Positions 35,192-44,377 of a stretch of DNA of 64,000 bases are shown in pieces (position 1 is the stretch's first letter; each line of letters opens with the position of its first letter). The notes beneath the pieces are model-generated. The model made no database searches and was not told the origin of the DNA. It saw only the letters and a list, made by a program, of their open reading frames with translations. A program made the position numbers and the translations under genes. The DNA is from an uncultured Verrucomicrobiota bacterium (GTDB lineage: Bacteria > Verrucomicrobiota > Verrucomicrobiia > Palsa-1439 > CAYGDP01). The stretch covers positions 29,131 to 93,130 of the forward strand of contig CAYGDP010000005.1 of the NCBI GenBank assembly GCA_964348665.1, in the 5' to 3' direction.

Positions 35192-38100
35192 CTATTTCGC
35201 GGGAGCGTCCAACAGCAGGGCTGCCAGCGCAGCGTCCTTTTCTGGACCTTTGAGGAAGTCGAACGCGCGGAAGTATCGGGGACGTTCGGTATCGGAGGTG
35301 TTGGGGTCTTTGATGATTTTGGCGAGCAGATCGGGGGCTTTATTGCTTCGCGAACGCCAGATGATATCGCGGCCGGCGGGCGTGTTCCATTTGTCGCCGA
35401 CGGATTCGAGCCAGGCGCCGAAGTAGGCGTTCTCGTTTTTATCGGCGCCGATGCCAAGCGCCTCGAGATACCAACGATCCTTGCCGTTATGTTGGTTGGC
35501 AAGTTGTGCCCAGAGCTTTGGGGCTTCAGGCGATTGGCTGTGCCGCAACGAAATGGCGCATTCACGGCGGACGGCGGGAGACTTGTCGCTGGCAAGTTTT
35601 TTCACCAGTGGGATGATGTCCAGTTTCTCGGCACGGGCGATCCGCAGAGCGATGAGGCGAATGTCAGAATTCTTGTCCGCCATTGCCAAGTCGAGATATT
35701 TTGCGCCCTTGCCTTTGATGCGCGCCAAGAGGTGAAGCGCCCGTGCTTGGATGCGTGGGTTGGTGTGTTTCCAGAGTTTTACCAGTTCCGATTCTGCCTT
35801 GTCCTGCATCTCGTTCAGTTTTGACCAGGCCAGATACCGCGTGGCCAGATTGGGAGATTGCAACGCGGCCACGCAACCCGTGGCGGTATTCAGATCGAGT
35901 TTCGGCACGACCGGTTTATGGCCGGACGGTGCAACACGATAGACGCGCCCGCGCATCGTTTCTATAACATTGTCGCCCGCGGCGTGGCCACCGACGCCAG
36001 GGTCGTTCCAGTCGGCGACGTAGAGCGCACCGTCGGGGCCGACGCAAACGTCGGAGGGACGAAACCATGAATCGCTGCTTTTGAGGACATTGACGGTTTC
36101 CGCTTTGTAGCCAGCGCCATCGGGCATGGCGGGATAGGCGCGGACGACATTAGGGCCGGCGTCGCAGTGAATCACTTGATTGCGGAAAACTGCGGGCAAC
36201 AGATCACCTTCATAAATCAGGATGCCAGTCGGGGAACCGCCGCCGGTAACGAGGTAGTTGGGGACGACGCCGGGGTCGTTCTGATGCCAGTGCCGCTGGG
36301 GGATTTCCGTTTCGAGATTGGTTCGTTTGGAGCTCCAACCCGCGCCGGTCATTTCGTCTTGGAACCCAAAATTGCCGAAATCCATGACGTAATTGATGCG
36401 GACGCCTTTATTGCCGTCGTCGTCGTTGTCGGACTGCCACATCGTTCCGAAGGAATCTACGTTGACTTCGTAGTTGTTGCGGAAATTCCATCCGAGGGTT
36501 TCGAGGTCGCTGCCATCGAGGTTGCAACGGAAAACCAGTCCTTGACGGTACGGCTTGCCGTTCGTCTGGGTTTCGTTGCCCGCGCGGTCCAAGATGAATT
36601 TGCTGGCGTCGGCGGTCTTGAGTTGGCCGCCGCTATTGCCGATGTTGAAATACAACTTGCCGTCGGGGCCGAACACGAACGCGTGCGCGCCGTGGTCGTG
36701 CTGGGTGCCGCCGATGCCGGAAAAGAGCGTCTCTTTCTTGTCGGCCTTGTCATCGCCGTCGGTATCGGTCAAGACAAACATGTTCGGCGAGCAGGAGACG
36801 ATGACTTTATTGCCGAGCACGCAGATGCCAAGCGCGGCATTGATGCTTGGGTCTTGATAAAATGTTTTCGCCTTGTCGGCCTTGCCGTCGCCATTGGTGT
36901 CTTCGAGGATCACGATACGGTCGCCTTCGGGACGCGTATCTTTCCATTTACGATAGTTGGCGCCTTCGGTGATCCAGACTCGTCCACGCGCATCAATGTC
37001 CATGTTGGTCGGGTTGAGCATCATCGGTTCGGAGGCGAAGACGGTGACTGCCAAGCCATCGGCTACGGTGAATTTTGCGAGGGATTCCTCTGCCGCGTCC
37101 GGGCCGGATCCGCGCACGGTGGCAGCCGCCGCCGCGCCTGTTGAGCCGACCATGGCTAGCAATTCGGCAGCTTCTTTATCGGTGAACACCAGAAATTCCA
37201 CCGTCGAGCCGCAGCCCTGATCCGTGCCGCCGTTGTCCACGCCCGCTGAAGCCTGAAACTTCGTATATCCCTGTCCTGAGATGTCGAAGATGATCACGGA
37301 GGGCGCGTGTGTGCCGATGCCATAGGGGACGAGTTTACCACCAATCTTGAGCGGATTGCCGCCGGAGTTTTTATCGATGTTTACCGTGCCATGCCCCGTG
37401 GAAGCGGTTTTCCATTTCAAATCCGTCAATTTCGTCACCGAGCCATCGGCTTTGATCAGCCGCGGCTCGACCCAGTCCGCCCAATCACAACCAAATCCGT
37501 CGCCGCTATCGGTGACCATCAGGCCAAGCGTCTTTGCGCCGGTAATATCCGCATCCACAGGAACAGAACCTTGGTTGACCAATTTGCTTCGAAACTTAAA
37601 GCCTTCCAGCTTTGCGGATTTTGGCGCGGCAGGTTTTGGGCCGCCTTTGGGGTCGAGATTTTGTTGTAGATCTTCGGTGGTGATGGAGCTTTCGACGCCG
37701 GTGGTCGGAACTTCCATCTTAGCGACCCATAGCAGGGCATTGAGGACAGTCTTGCGAAAATTATCATCGCCCCAGTTTTTATGTTTGTGACCGCCGGTAA
37801 ATCCAAAGCCGCGTCCGCCATCCGGTCGTTCGTAGGACCACGCGACGTGCTCGGCCATTCCTTTTCTGGCGAACACCGCGGGGTTGCCGCCATGAGAACT
37901 GCTGGCGCCTTCTTTGCCGCGTGTGCCGTCCGGCGGAGTTGCTGTCAGAATGGGGGTGACACCTTTCATCCCTTCCACGAACCGCATGTGGTAATACCAT
38001 TCGTCGTTGATCTTAAACGGCTTCACTCCGCGAGCGATGGGGTGATTGGGAAATTCTTTGAACTCGGCATCCCAGTGTGGGTTGACCGACCAGAACGCCT

Positions 38101-38548
38101 CAAAATAGCCGCCGATCCAGCGCAGAAATTCCGGGCCGCCTTTGTCCTTGGGCACTTCCACGGCATAGTGCGCGCAAGCGAGTCCCACTCCCTTTTGCAT
38201 CAATCCGTCGAGAAATTTGAGTCGTTCGCCTTGAATCGCAGGATGACCGCCGCCGCCGTCCGAGTAGATGAGAATTGCATCTGCACCGTCAAAAATCGCG
38301 TTGTCTTTGGGCCATCCGTTGAGATGGGTCACGACCGTCACGTTCGGTACTTTGTCCAGGCACTTCTTGAGGAGTTGTACGCCCGCGTTAAATTCGTGGT
38401 CGCCCGATCCGTGGCTTGCCGAGCCGGCGATCAGGACGATTTTTTTCTTGGCTTGGGCTTGGGCTACCGCGGGCGTCGGGAAGAAGTTCACGGCGAGAAT
38501 CACCGCGGCGAAGAGGATCGTGAAAAATGCTGGTTTGGATATTTTCAT
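35192..38548 (-). CDS. ThuA - NPCBM-like - membrane-bound-dehydrogenase (beta-propeller) - HEAT repeat multidomain protein
   Basis: 1118 aa with a signal peptide. It has a ThuA-like N-terminus (KKIVLIAGSASHGSGDHEF) and an NPCBM-like segment (GCDWADWVEPRL). A PVC-type dehydrogenase block (FASEPMMLNPTNMDIDARGRVWITEG) and a HEAT-like C-terminus follow. Confidence 0.85.
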   Translation of the reverse strand: MKISKPAFFTILFAAVILAVNFFPTPAVAQAQAKKKIVLIAGSASHGSGDHEFNAGVQLLKKCLDKVPNVTVVTHLNGWPKDNAIFDGADAILIYSDGGGGHPAIQGERLKFLDGLMQKGVGLACAHYAVEVPKDKGGPEFLRWIGGYFEAFWSVNPHWDAEFKEFPNHPIARGVKPFKINDEWYYHMRFVEGMKGVTPILTATPPDGTRGKEGASSSHGGNPAVFARKGMAEHVAWSYERPDGGRGFGFTGGHKHKNWGDDNFRKTVLNALLWVAKMEVPTTGVESSITTEDLQQNLDPKGGPKPAAPKSAKLEGFKFRSKLVNQGSVPVDADITGAKTLGLMVTDSGDGFGCDWADWVEPRLIKADGSVTKLTDLKWKTASTGHGTVNIDKNSGGNPLKIGGKLVPYGIGTHAPSVIIFDISGQGYTKFQASAGVDNGGTDQGCGSTVEFLVFTDKEAAELLAMVGSTGAAAAATVRGSGPDAAEESLAKFTVADGLAVTVFASEPMMLNPTNMDIDARGRVWITEGANYRKWKDTRPEGDRIVILEDTNGDGKADKAKTFYQDPSINAALGICVLGNKVIVSCSPNMFVLTDTDGDDKADKKETLFSGIGGTQHDHGAHAFVFGPDGKLYFNIGNSGGQLKTADASKFILDRAGNETQTNGKPYRQGLVFRCNLDGSDLETLGWNFRNNYEVNVDSFGTMWQSDNDDDGNKGVRINYVMDFGNFGFQDEMTGAGWSSKRTNLETEIPQRHWHQNDPGVVPNYLVTGGGSPTGILIYEGDLLPAVFRNQVIHCDAGPNVVRAYPAMPDGAGYKAETVNVLKSSDSWFRPSDVCVGPDGALYVADWNDPGVGGHAAGDNVIETMRGRVYRVAPSGHKPVVPKLDLNTATGCVAALQSPNLATRYLAWSKLNEMQDKAESELVKLWKHTNPRIQARALHLLARIKGKGAKYLDLAMADKNSDIRLIALRIARAEKLDIIPLVKKLASDKSPAVRRECAISLRHSQSPEAPKLWAQLANQHNGKDRWYLEALGIGADKNENAYFGAWLESVGDKWNTPAGRDIIWRSRSNKAPDLLAKIIKDPNTSDTERPRYFRAFDFLKGPEKDAALAALLLDAPAK

Positions 38549-38591
38549 GCTGGTTCCTTATCTGTTTGGTACTGCTTTTAGACCGAATGAC

Positions 38592-39734
38592 TCATTTCGC
38601 GTTCGGTTTTTTGAGCGACGCGAGGTAGTCGAGCAAATCCGCCAAATCCTGCGCTGTCATCGTTTGCTGCAGGCCCACGGGCATCAGCGAGAGCTTTTGT
38701 TTTTGCCGCTCGATCACATCGCGTTTTTTGAAGCGCGACATCGCCCCTGCGCTGTCTTTTACCACAAGTTCCTCCTCCGTTTCACTGACAATCAAGCCGT
38801 AAATTTCGTCGTCGGACTTGAGACGGATCGTAAAGGCTTCGAATCCAAAGGAGATTCCCGCGCTGGGATCCAGGATCGACGCCAGCATTGCCTCTTTGCC
38901 GAGTTTGCTGCCGATCTCCGAAAGATCGGGGCCGACCGCTCGTCCTTTGCCATGAACGGTGTGGCAAGCACTGCAAGCACTCTCTTTGCGGGCGAATATC
39001 TCCGCACCCCGGCTTGCGTCACCCTTGATCGCCAACAGTTCGCCTACGGGAGGCAACGTCTGTGCGTTCGCCGCCTGGGGCAGCGGAAGTAATTGCGAGG
39101 CTTCCGCTTTGATTTGCGGCCACGGCGCGGCGTTAAGCTCCAGGCAGGCGGTCAATTTGAGGTCAGCGGGCAATTCGCCGTCTGCGGCGAGCTTGAGTAG
39201 TTTGGTTGCTCCATCGGCGGTTTTCGTCAGTGACCGAACCGTTTGCTGACGGAGCGCAGGATCGCGCTTCATATCGGTAACGAGCGGCAGCAGTAACGCC
39301 ACTCCGCGTTTGTCTTTTGCGTTGCCGAGCGCTTCGGCAAGTTTCATCGCCCGCGCGATGTCGCCGGTGAGGGTCTTTTGCAACAGCTCGTTTGCCTCAA
39401 AGTCGAGCAGCAATCGCGTGGCATCGGTGCCGGCGATCTCGGCGGACGACTGAATCGCGATTTCCAATAACGCATCGTCTTGGCCTTTGATTTGAAACTT
39501 GCGAACGATCTCGACGAATTCAGAGCGACCGCGCACCGCGTCGAGAACTTTCATCACGGCCGCTTCGAGTTGTGGATTGGCGTGAATGTCCACGCCTTCG
39601 AGTCGCCGCAAGGCTTCGACCCGGACGGTCGTTTGCGGGTCCAAAGCGGTTTCTTCCGCAGAAGCAATCCCCGCGAAGAGCAGCGTAAGCAACGCGATCC
39701 GTTTCATTGTGATTTTCGACGCAAAAAAAGTCAT
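38592..39734 (-). CDS. HEAT-repeat protein with a C-terminal PVC-type c-type heme-binding domain
   Basis: 380 aa with a signal peptide and a CxxCH motif (ESACSACHTVHGKGRAVGPDLSEIGSK). The C-terminal tail is typical of the Pirellula/Verrucomicrobium heme-binding domain. Confidence 0.85.
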   Translation of the reverse strand: MTFFASKITMKRIALLTLLFAGIASAEETALDPQTTVRVEALRRLEGVDIHANPQLEAAVMKVLDAVRGRSEFVEIVRKFQIKGQDDALLEIAIQSSAEIAGTDATRLLLDFEANELLQKTLTGDIARAMKLAEALGNAKDKRGVALLLPLVTDMKRDPALRQQTVRSLTKTADGATKLLKLAADGELPADLKLTACLELNAAPWPQIKAEASQLLPLPQAANAQTLPPVGELLAIKGDASRGAEIFARKESACSACHTVHGKGRAVGPDLSEIGSKLGKEAMLASILDPSAGISFGFEAFTIRLKSDDEIYGLIVSETEEELVVKDSAGAMSRFKKRDVIERQKQKLSLMPVGLQQTMTAQDLADLLDYLASLKKPNAK

Positions 39735-39739
39735 TTTCT

Positions 39740-40137
39740 TCAGTTCACGTCCATTCCTGCACAGACAAATGTGCTGACTACGAAGATGCTGGCAGCGATA
39801 GCATTAGTAGGCTTTTGGGGCTGTTGAGAAAATTCGCGGCCATGAACGCGCCGTGTTCGGTGAAGGCGTAGGGGAAATAGCGCATTCCTCCGCGACCTTC
39901 GTTTGAGGTGCCAAATTGGCACCTCAAAGATTCGGCTTCGGTGCGAGTGAGCTGAAAGACAAAATCATCGGCAAACCGCATGCGATTTCGTTTCACGGCA
40001 CGATTGAGTGCTTTGGTCTCGACGCCATAAAGCTGCGCTAGGCAGCTGTCCAAGACAACTTTCTGGCCACGGATCGTGTGGATTAAAGGTTGAATGCGAA
40101 CGATGGACAAGGCTTTGGAATATTTATAATCCGCCAT
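39740..40137 (-). pseudogene. ORF6N (KilA-N-like) domain gene, apparently frameshifted and truncated
   Basis: The ORF at 39778-40137 has the ORF6N core (IRGQKVVLDSCLAQLYGVETKALNRAVKRNRMRFADDFVFQLT...RYFPYAFTEHGAFMAANFLNSP). The expected continuation (AIAASIFVVSTFV, compare the usual AVxxSIxVVRAFV) appears only in the +1 frame (ORF 39740-39922) and stops early. Confidence 0.5.
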
Positions 40138-40149
40138 CGAGACCTTAAT

Positions 40150-41736
40150 TCAGAGCTTTGCCAGCTTGATCGAGTAGATGTCTTTATCGCGCAGGATGTC
40201 CTTGATCGTTTTCTCGTCGGGCAGACTGTCGAGGTTGAGGATCGTCAGCGCGCGCCCGCCGCGCTTATCGCGGCCAAGGCTCATGCTGGCGATGTTGATT
40301 TTGTGTTTGCCCATGAGTGTGCCGATGTAACCGACCACGCCGGGGCGGTCGCGATTTTCCATGATGAAAAGCACGCCGCTCGGGACGGCCTCGACGTGAG
40401 TATCGTTGATGCGCACGATGCGCGGGTTGAGGTGCGAGCCGTAAAATGTGCCCGCCACGCTGGTTTGTTGACCATCGGCCTGGACGCGCAGCTCAATCAG
40501 CTCGGTGAAATCCGCTGGCGCAGTGACTTTTACTTCTTCGACTTTGATTCCGAGATTCGAGGCGACCATCGGCGCGTTGACGACATTAACGTCTTTGCCG
40601 GCGACGTGCTGCAGGAGACCGCGCAGCGCGGCGCGCGTGATGGGATTGGTATCCAGCTCGCTGACAGGTCCACAGTAATTCGCTGTGAAACGTTCGATGC
40701 GGCGCGGCGCGAGCTGCGCGAGCAGCCGACCGAGTTTTTCGGCCAGCTCGAAATAAGGTCGCACCAGTTCGAGTGTTTTGGCGTCTATGTTAGGCATGTT
40801 CACGGCATTGCGGATGATTCCACCCATGAGCGCGTCCACGACGGATTGCGCGATTTCCACGCCGACAAGTTCCTGCGCTTCTGCGGTGGCAGCGCCGAGA
40901 TGCGGGGTGGTGATGATTTGTGGCACTGCTCGTAGCGGCGAGTTGGCGGGGAGCGGTTCTTCCTCGAACACATCCAACGCTGCGCCAGCCACTTTGCCCG
41001 CTTTGATTGCCTCGACGAGCGCTTGTTCGTCCACAATTCCGCCGCGCGCGGCATTGACGATGCGAACGCCAGGTTTCATCTGGGCGATGGAGTGTTTGCC
41101 GATCAACCCTTTTGTCTCGTCGGTGAGCGGCACATGAATGGTGATGAAATCGGCGCGCCGGTAGAGTTCCGGCAACTCAACCAGTTCGACCTGTAAAGTT
41201 TTGGCGCGGCTGGGCGCAAGGAAGGGATCGTAGGCGATCACCCGCAAGCCAAACGCGATGGCGCGCCGACACACTTCCGTGCCGATGCGCCCCATGCCGA
41301 TGATCCCGAGAGTTTTACCGCAAATTTCAGCGCCCTGAAACGCTTTGCGATTCCATTCGCCGGCCTTCACGGACGCGTGCGCCTGCGGAATGTTGCGCGC
41401 GACGGATAGCAACAGGGAGAACGCGTGCTCCGCTGTCGAATTGGTGTTGCCGTCAGGGCTGTTCATCACGATGATGCCGCGCGTGGTCGCGGCTTCGGCG
41501 TCAATATTGTCCACCCCAACACCCGCGCGGCCGACGACCTTGAGTTTCTTCGCCGCGGCAATCACGTCGGCCGTGACTTTCGTCTCGCTGCGCACGATGA
41601 GGGCGTCGGCGTCGGCGATGAGCGTTTTCAATTCGTCGAGTGGCAGCTTGGTTTTCTCCACGACGGTCACGCCCTTTGTCTCGCGCAACAGCGCCACGCC
41701 TTTCGGCGAAATCGGATCGGTCACTAGGACTTTCAT
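40150..41736 (-). CDS. serA: D-3-phosphoglycerate dehydrogenase
   Basis: 528 aa with NAD-binding GIIGMGRIGTEV and the 2-hydroxyacid dehydrogenase core. The C-terminal ACT domain reads RDRPGVVGYIGTLMGKHKINIASMSLGR. Confidence 0.93.
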   Translation of the reverse strand: MKVLVTDPISPKGVALLRETKGVTVVEKTKLPLDELKTLIADADALIVRSETKVTADVIAAAKKLKVVGRAGVGVDNIDAEAATTRGIIVMNSPDGNTNSTAEHAFSLLLSVARNIPQAHASVKAGEWNRKAFQGAEICGKTLGIIGMGRIGTEVCRRAIAFGLRVIAYDPFLAPSRAKTLQVELVELPELYRRADFITIHVPLTDETKGLIGKHSIAQMKPGVRIVNAARGGIVDEQALVEAIKAGKVAGAALDVFEEEPLPANSPLRAVPQIITTPHLGAATAEAQELVGVEIAQSVVDALMGGIIRNAVNMPNIDAKTLELVRPYFELAEKLGRLLAQLAPRRIERFTANYCGPVSELDTNPITRAALRGLLQHVAGKDVNVVNAPMVASNLGIKVEEVKVTAPADFTELIELRVQADGQQTSVAGTFYGSHLNPRIVRINDTHVEAVPSGVLFIMENRDRPGVVGYIGTLMGKHKINIASMSLGRDKRGGRALTILNLDSLPDEKTIKDILRDKDIYSIKLAKL

Positions 41737-41803
41737 GAGGCGGCGACAATAGCCTAATTATTTCCTTGCCGCAAGCGGAAGACTCGATTATCTTGCGCGC
41801 CCT

Positions 41804-42064
41804 ATGTCAAGAATCTGTGAAATTTGTGGCAAGAAACCCGTGTACGGTAATGTCATCAGTCGGCGCGGTATCCGCAAGAAAAGCGGCGGTATCGGTTTGC
41901 ACGTTACCGCCATCAATCGGCGGCTCTTCCTGCCCAACCTGCAAACCGTCCGCGCGCTCGTGAACGGCGGCGTCCGCCGCGTCAAAGTCTGCGCCTCCTG
42001 CATTCGCGCCGGCAAAATTACCAAAGCTCCCGTGCGACAGAAGACTGCTACTGCTGGAAAATAG
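41804..42064 (+). CDS. rpmB: 50S ribosomal protein L28
   Basis: MSRICEICGKKPVYGNVISRRGIRKKSGGIGLHVTAINRRLFLPNLQ... Confidence 0.93.
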   Translation: MSRICEICGKKPVYGNVISRRGIRKKSGGIGLHVTAINRRLFLPNLQTVRALVNGGVRRVKVCASCIRAGKITKAPVRQKTATAGK

Positions 42065-42070
42065 GGTTGT

Positions 42071-42667
42071 GTGATGAATAGAGGATTCCTCGCAATCGCT
42101 TTTTATGCCCTCTTTTATGCTTTAATTCAGTGTCCGACGGTGCAGGGAGCGGAAGACGCAGTAACCCAAATGTCGGTAGCCCACAAACTTCGAGGTGAAG
42201 GGAAGCGCGCCGAAGCTCTTGCTGCTTATTCGAAAGTTCTGGAAAATCCGACCTCTCATCCTCACGACAAGGGTGGTGCTCAATTATGGATTGGCCACTT
42301 ATTGCGTGAAGAGGGTAAGCAAAGCGAGGCGCTGGCCTCTTATTCAAAAGTTGTGGGAATTAAGGAAGCTCATCCCCACGACCGGGGTGGGGCGCAAATG
42401 TGGATTGCCCATATTTTGCGGGAAGACAATAAGATCGCGGAAGCATTGAAAGCCTATGGCACGGTGGTTGAATGGCACGATGCGCATCCTCACGATCGGG
42501 GAGGTTCACAGAGATGGATAGGCGTGCTCTATTTCGAAGCCAAAGATTGGGTCAAAGCGCGGCAAGCGTTCGATACGGTTTTAAAAATGAAAGGTTGTCA
42601 CCCTGACGATTTGAAATTGGCCAAAGAATACCTTCAGAAAATCAATGAAGTGGATACCAATCGATAG
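42071..42667 (+). CDS. TPR-like repeat protein with a repeated HPHD(K/R)GG(A/S)QxWI motif
   Basis: 198 aa with a signal-like N-terminus. It carries 3.5 repeats of about 38 aa (SHPHDKGGAQLWIGHLLRE / AHPHDRGGAQMWIAHILRE / AHPHDRGGSQRWIGVLYFE / CHPDD). Confidence 0.8.
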   Translation: MMNRGFLAIAFYALFYALIQCPTVQGAEDAVTQMSVAHKLRGEGKRAEALAAYSKVLENPTSHPHDKGGAQLWIGHLLREEGKQSEALASYSKVVGIKEAHPHDRGGAQMWIAHILREDNKIAEALKAYGTVVEWHDAHPHDRGGSQRWIGVLYFEAKDWVKARQAFDTVLKMKGCHPDDLKLAKEYLQKINEVDTNR

Positions 42668-42699
42668 CCCATTTGTCAGAAGCGTATGCTATAGTAATT

Positions 42700-42780
42700 T
42701 GCGTTTCTTGCATCCGCGCCGGCAAAATTGCCAAAGCGCGCGAGCAGCAAACGATTACCGTTACCGCTGCGAAGAGGTAA
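42700..42780 (+). pseudogene. Duplicated fragment of the rpmB 3' end (L28 C-terminal codons) downstream of the TPR-like gene
   Basis: 42700-42737 (tgcgtttcttgcatccgcgccggcaaaattgccaaagc) matches 41990-42027 at 33/38 nt. In frame it reads CVSCIRAGKIAKAREQQTITVTAAKR-stop (taa at 42778-42780). Confidence 0.55.
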
Positions 42781-42841
42781 ATTTGGGTTTAGCCCAATTT
42801 GCATGAATTTGTTCTAAAGCTAGTCTATCCGCCGCATTTTT

Positions 42842-44002
42842 ATGATCAGGATGATAATCTTCGGATATCTGCTGGTAAATGAGATCGCGATTCTCATAGT
42901 CCCTCCGTGCGCCACGGCTCAGGTAGACCGAGTTTGGCTGACGCACAAATCGAACGCGACCGAGAGGATCGTGATCAACTGGGAATCGGCGACGCCCGGG
43001 GATTCCGTGGTTCGATACGGGGCGACGGAGAAACTTGGTAACGAGGTGAGAGTGGACGAAAACGTCACCTTGCACCATGTCGAAATTCCTCTCCGCGACG
43101 AGGTTAGCGTCTATCACTACCGTGTGTCCACGGGTGACTATCAATCGCCCGATTACACGTTTCGCGCATACCCGAAGGACGAACTTCGGGTCGCGGTGGT
43201 CGCGAATTGGCACGCCAAGCCGAAACTCGACGCGATTCGCGGAGACGATGTTCATCTCTTGCTGACGGCGGGTGATAATATTTCCGACCTGCATTCGCAG
43301 TGCGGGAAGGGCGTCAAGGATTGTGTGAAACCTTACAGTAAACTGATTGACGCGTATCCGGAAATTTTTCGTTCCACTCCGTTCCTGGCTGTGTTGGGAA
43401 ACCACGACCGCGAGATACGTCCGCGCGGCGACAAGCCTCCTGCCGAGCCGGTCTATGATGTTGATGCCACGGCATTCCGCCGGTTCTTTGCGTTGCCCGA
43501 CGACGGATGGAAGTGGCACTTCGACGTGCCGGAATTTGATGTCCGCTTCATCGCGCTCGACCTTAACCACATCCAGGATCAGGGGACGACTTGGCGGACC
43601 TGTCATCCCTTTCAGAAAGGCTCGGAACAGTTCGAGTGGTATCGTTCGTTGATGGCCGGCAAAGATCGTGGATTTGTCATCACTCTTCACAACGAAAAGA
43701 GCGACAAAATGAGACGACAAGAATCGGGAGAGTGGCATCGGCTCTTTCGGCAAGGGACGGCGGTCATTACGGGATTTGGGTATTTTGCGGAAAGGGCGGA
43801 GCAAGACGGCTTGCCGTATTTCAATACGTCCTTGAGCGGAAAGGGAGACAAATATCCCGACGCACAATCAAAGTTCCTCGAAAGTCAGGATAATTACATC
43901 CTGATGACGTTTTCCCGGAACGCGGCAGCGATGCGAGTCGAACTGAAAAATCTCGACGGGAAAGTTCTCGAACGAACGGAATTGCCCAGGAATTTCCGGT
44001 GA
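42842..44002 (+). CDS. Metallophosphoesterase (purple-acid-phosphatase-like)
   Basis: N-terminal FN3-like VINWESATPGDSVVRYG; LLLTAGDNISD and AVLGNHD motifs. The overlapping minus ORF 42761-43867 is rejected. Confidence 0.85.
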   Translation: MIRMIIFGYLLVNEIAILIVPPCATAQVDRVWLTHKSNATERIVINWESATPGDSVVRYGATEKLGNEVRVDENVTLHHVEIPLRDEVSVYHYRVSTGDYQSPDYTFRAYPKDELRVAVVANWHAKPKLDAIRGDDVHLLLTAGDNISDLHSQCGKGVKDCVKPYSKLIDAYPEIFRSTPFLAVLGNHDREIRPRGDKPPAEPVYDVDATAFRRFFALPDDGWKWHFDVPEFDVRFIALDLNHIQDQGTTWRTCHPFQKGSEQFEWYRSLMAGKDRGFVITLHNEKSDKMRRQESGEWHRLFRQGTAVITGFGYFAERAEQDGLPYFNTSLSGKGDKYPDAQSKFLESQDNYILMTFSRNAAAMRVELKNLDGKVLERTELPRNFR

Positions 44003-44158
44003 GCTTCGTCAGACATCTGATCTTCGCACATCCTTCAGGTTCAGTTGAATCTCGAGTGCCCTTCGAACTAATTTCACTCGGCGGGAAAGACGATGTTATT
44101 TCCCATGACCGGTGGAGTGAGATTGCATTTGAGATCGAAATGCGATAAGGTCTGGCGC

Positions 44159-44377
44159 ATGGCCATCACATTACCATTGAAAGAAATGACGGTGCGGGAG
44201 AAGCTGGCGGCGATGGAGGCGCTTTGGGAGGATTTGTCTCGCTCGCCGGAATCGGTCGTGTCGCCTGCATGGCATAAAACGGTGCTGGACGCTCGACGCA
44301 AACGCGTTGCCGCGGGCAAAGCGCGGTTTCGAGATTGGGAGACTGCGAAAGCGGAGATTCGGAAAAAGGCGTCGTGA
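44159..44377 (+). CDS. Addiction-module antitoxin (TIGR02574-like component)
   Basis: MAITLPLKEMTVREKLAAMEALWEDLSRSPESVVSPAWHKTVLDARRKRVAAGKARFRDWETAKAEIRK. The stop overlaps the toxin GTG (GTGA). Confidence 0.8.
   Translation: MAITLPLKEMTVREKLAAMEALWEDLSRSPESVVSPAWHKTVLDARRKRVAAGKARFRDWETAKAEIRKKAS

Noticed and set aside
36167-37144. 325-aa plus-strand ORF; also 37781-38581 and 38268-39092
   Set aside because: Antisense to the 1118-aa ThuA/dehydrogenase gene and the cytochrome gene. Val/Gly/Ala/Arg-rich with no motifs.
41766-41803. TTGCCG-N17-TATCTT promoter-like string giving a nearly leaderless rpmB mRNA
   Set aside because: It is plausible, but it is only a weak consensus match with no supporting evidence.
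42761-43867. 368-aa minus-strand ORF
   Set aside because: It fully overlaps the plus-strand metallophosphoesterase, which has GDxxxD/GNHD motifs. The minus translation is Arg-rich with no motifs.
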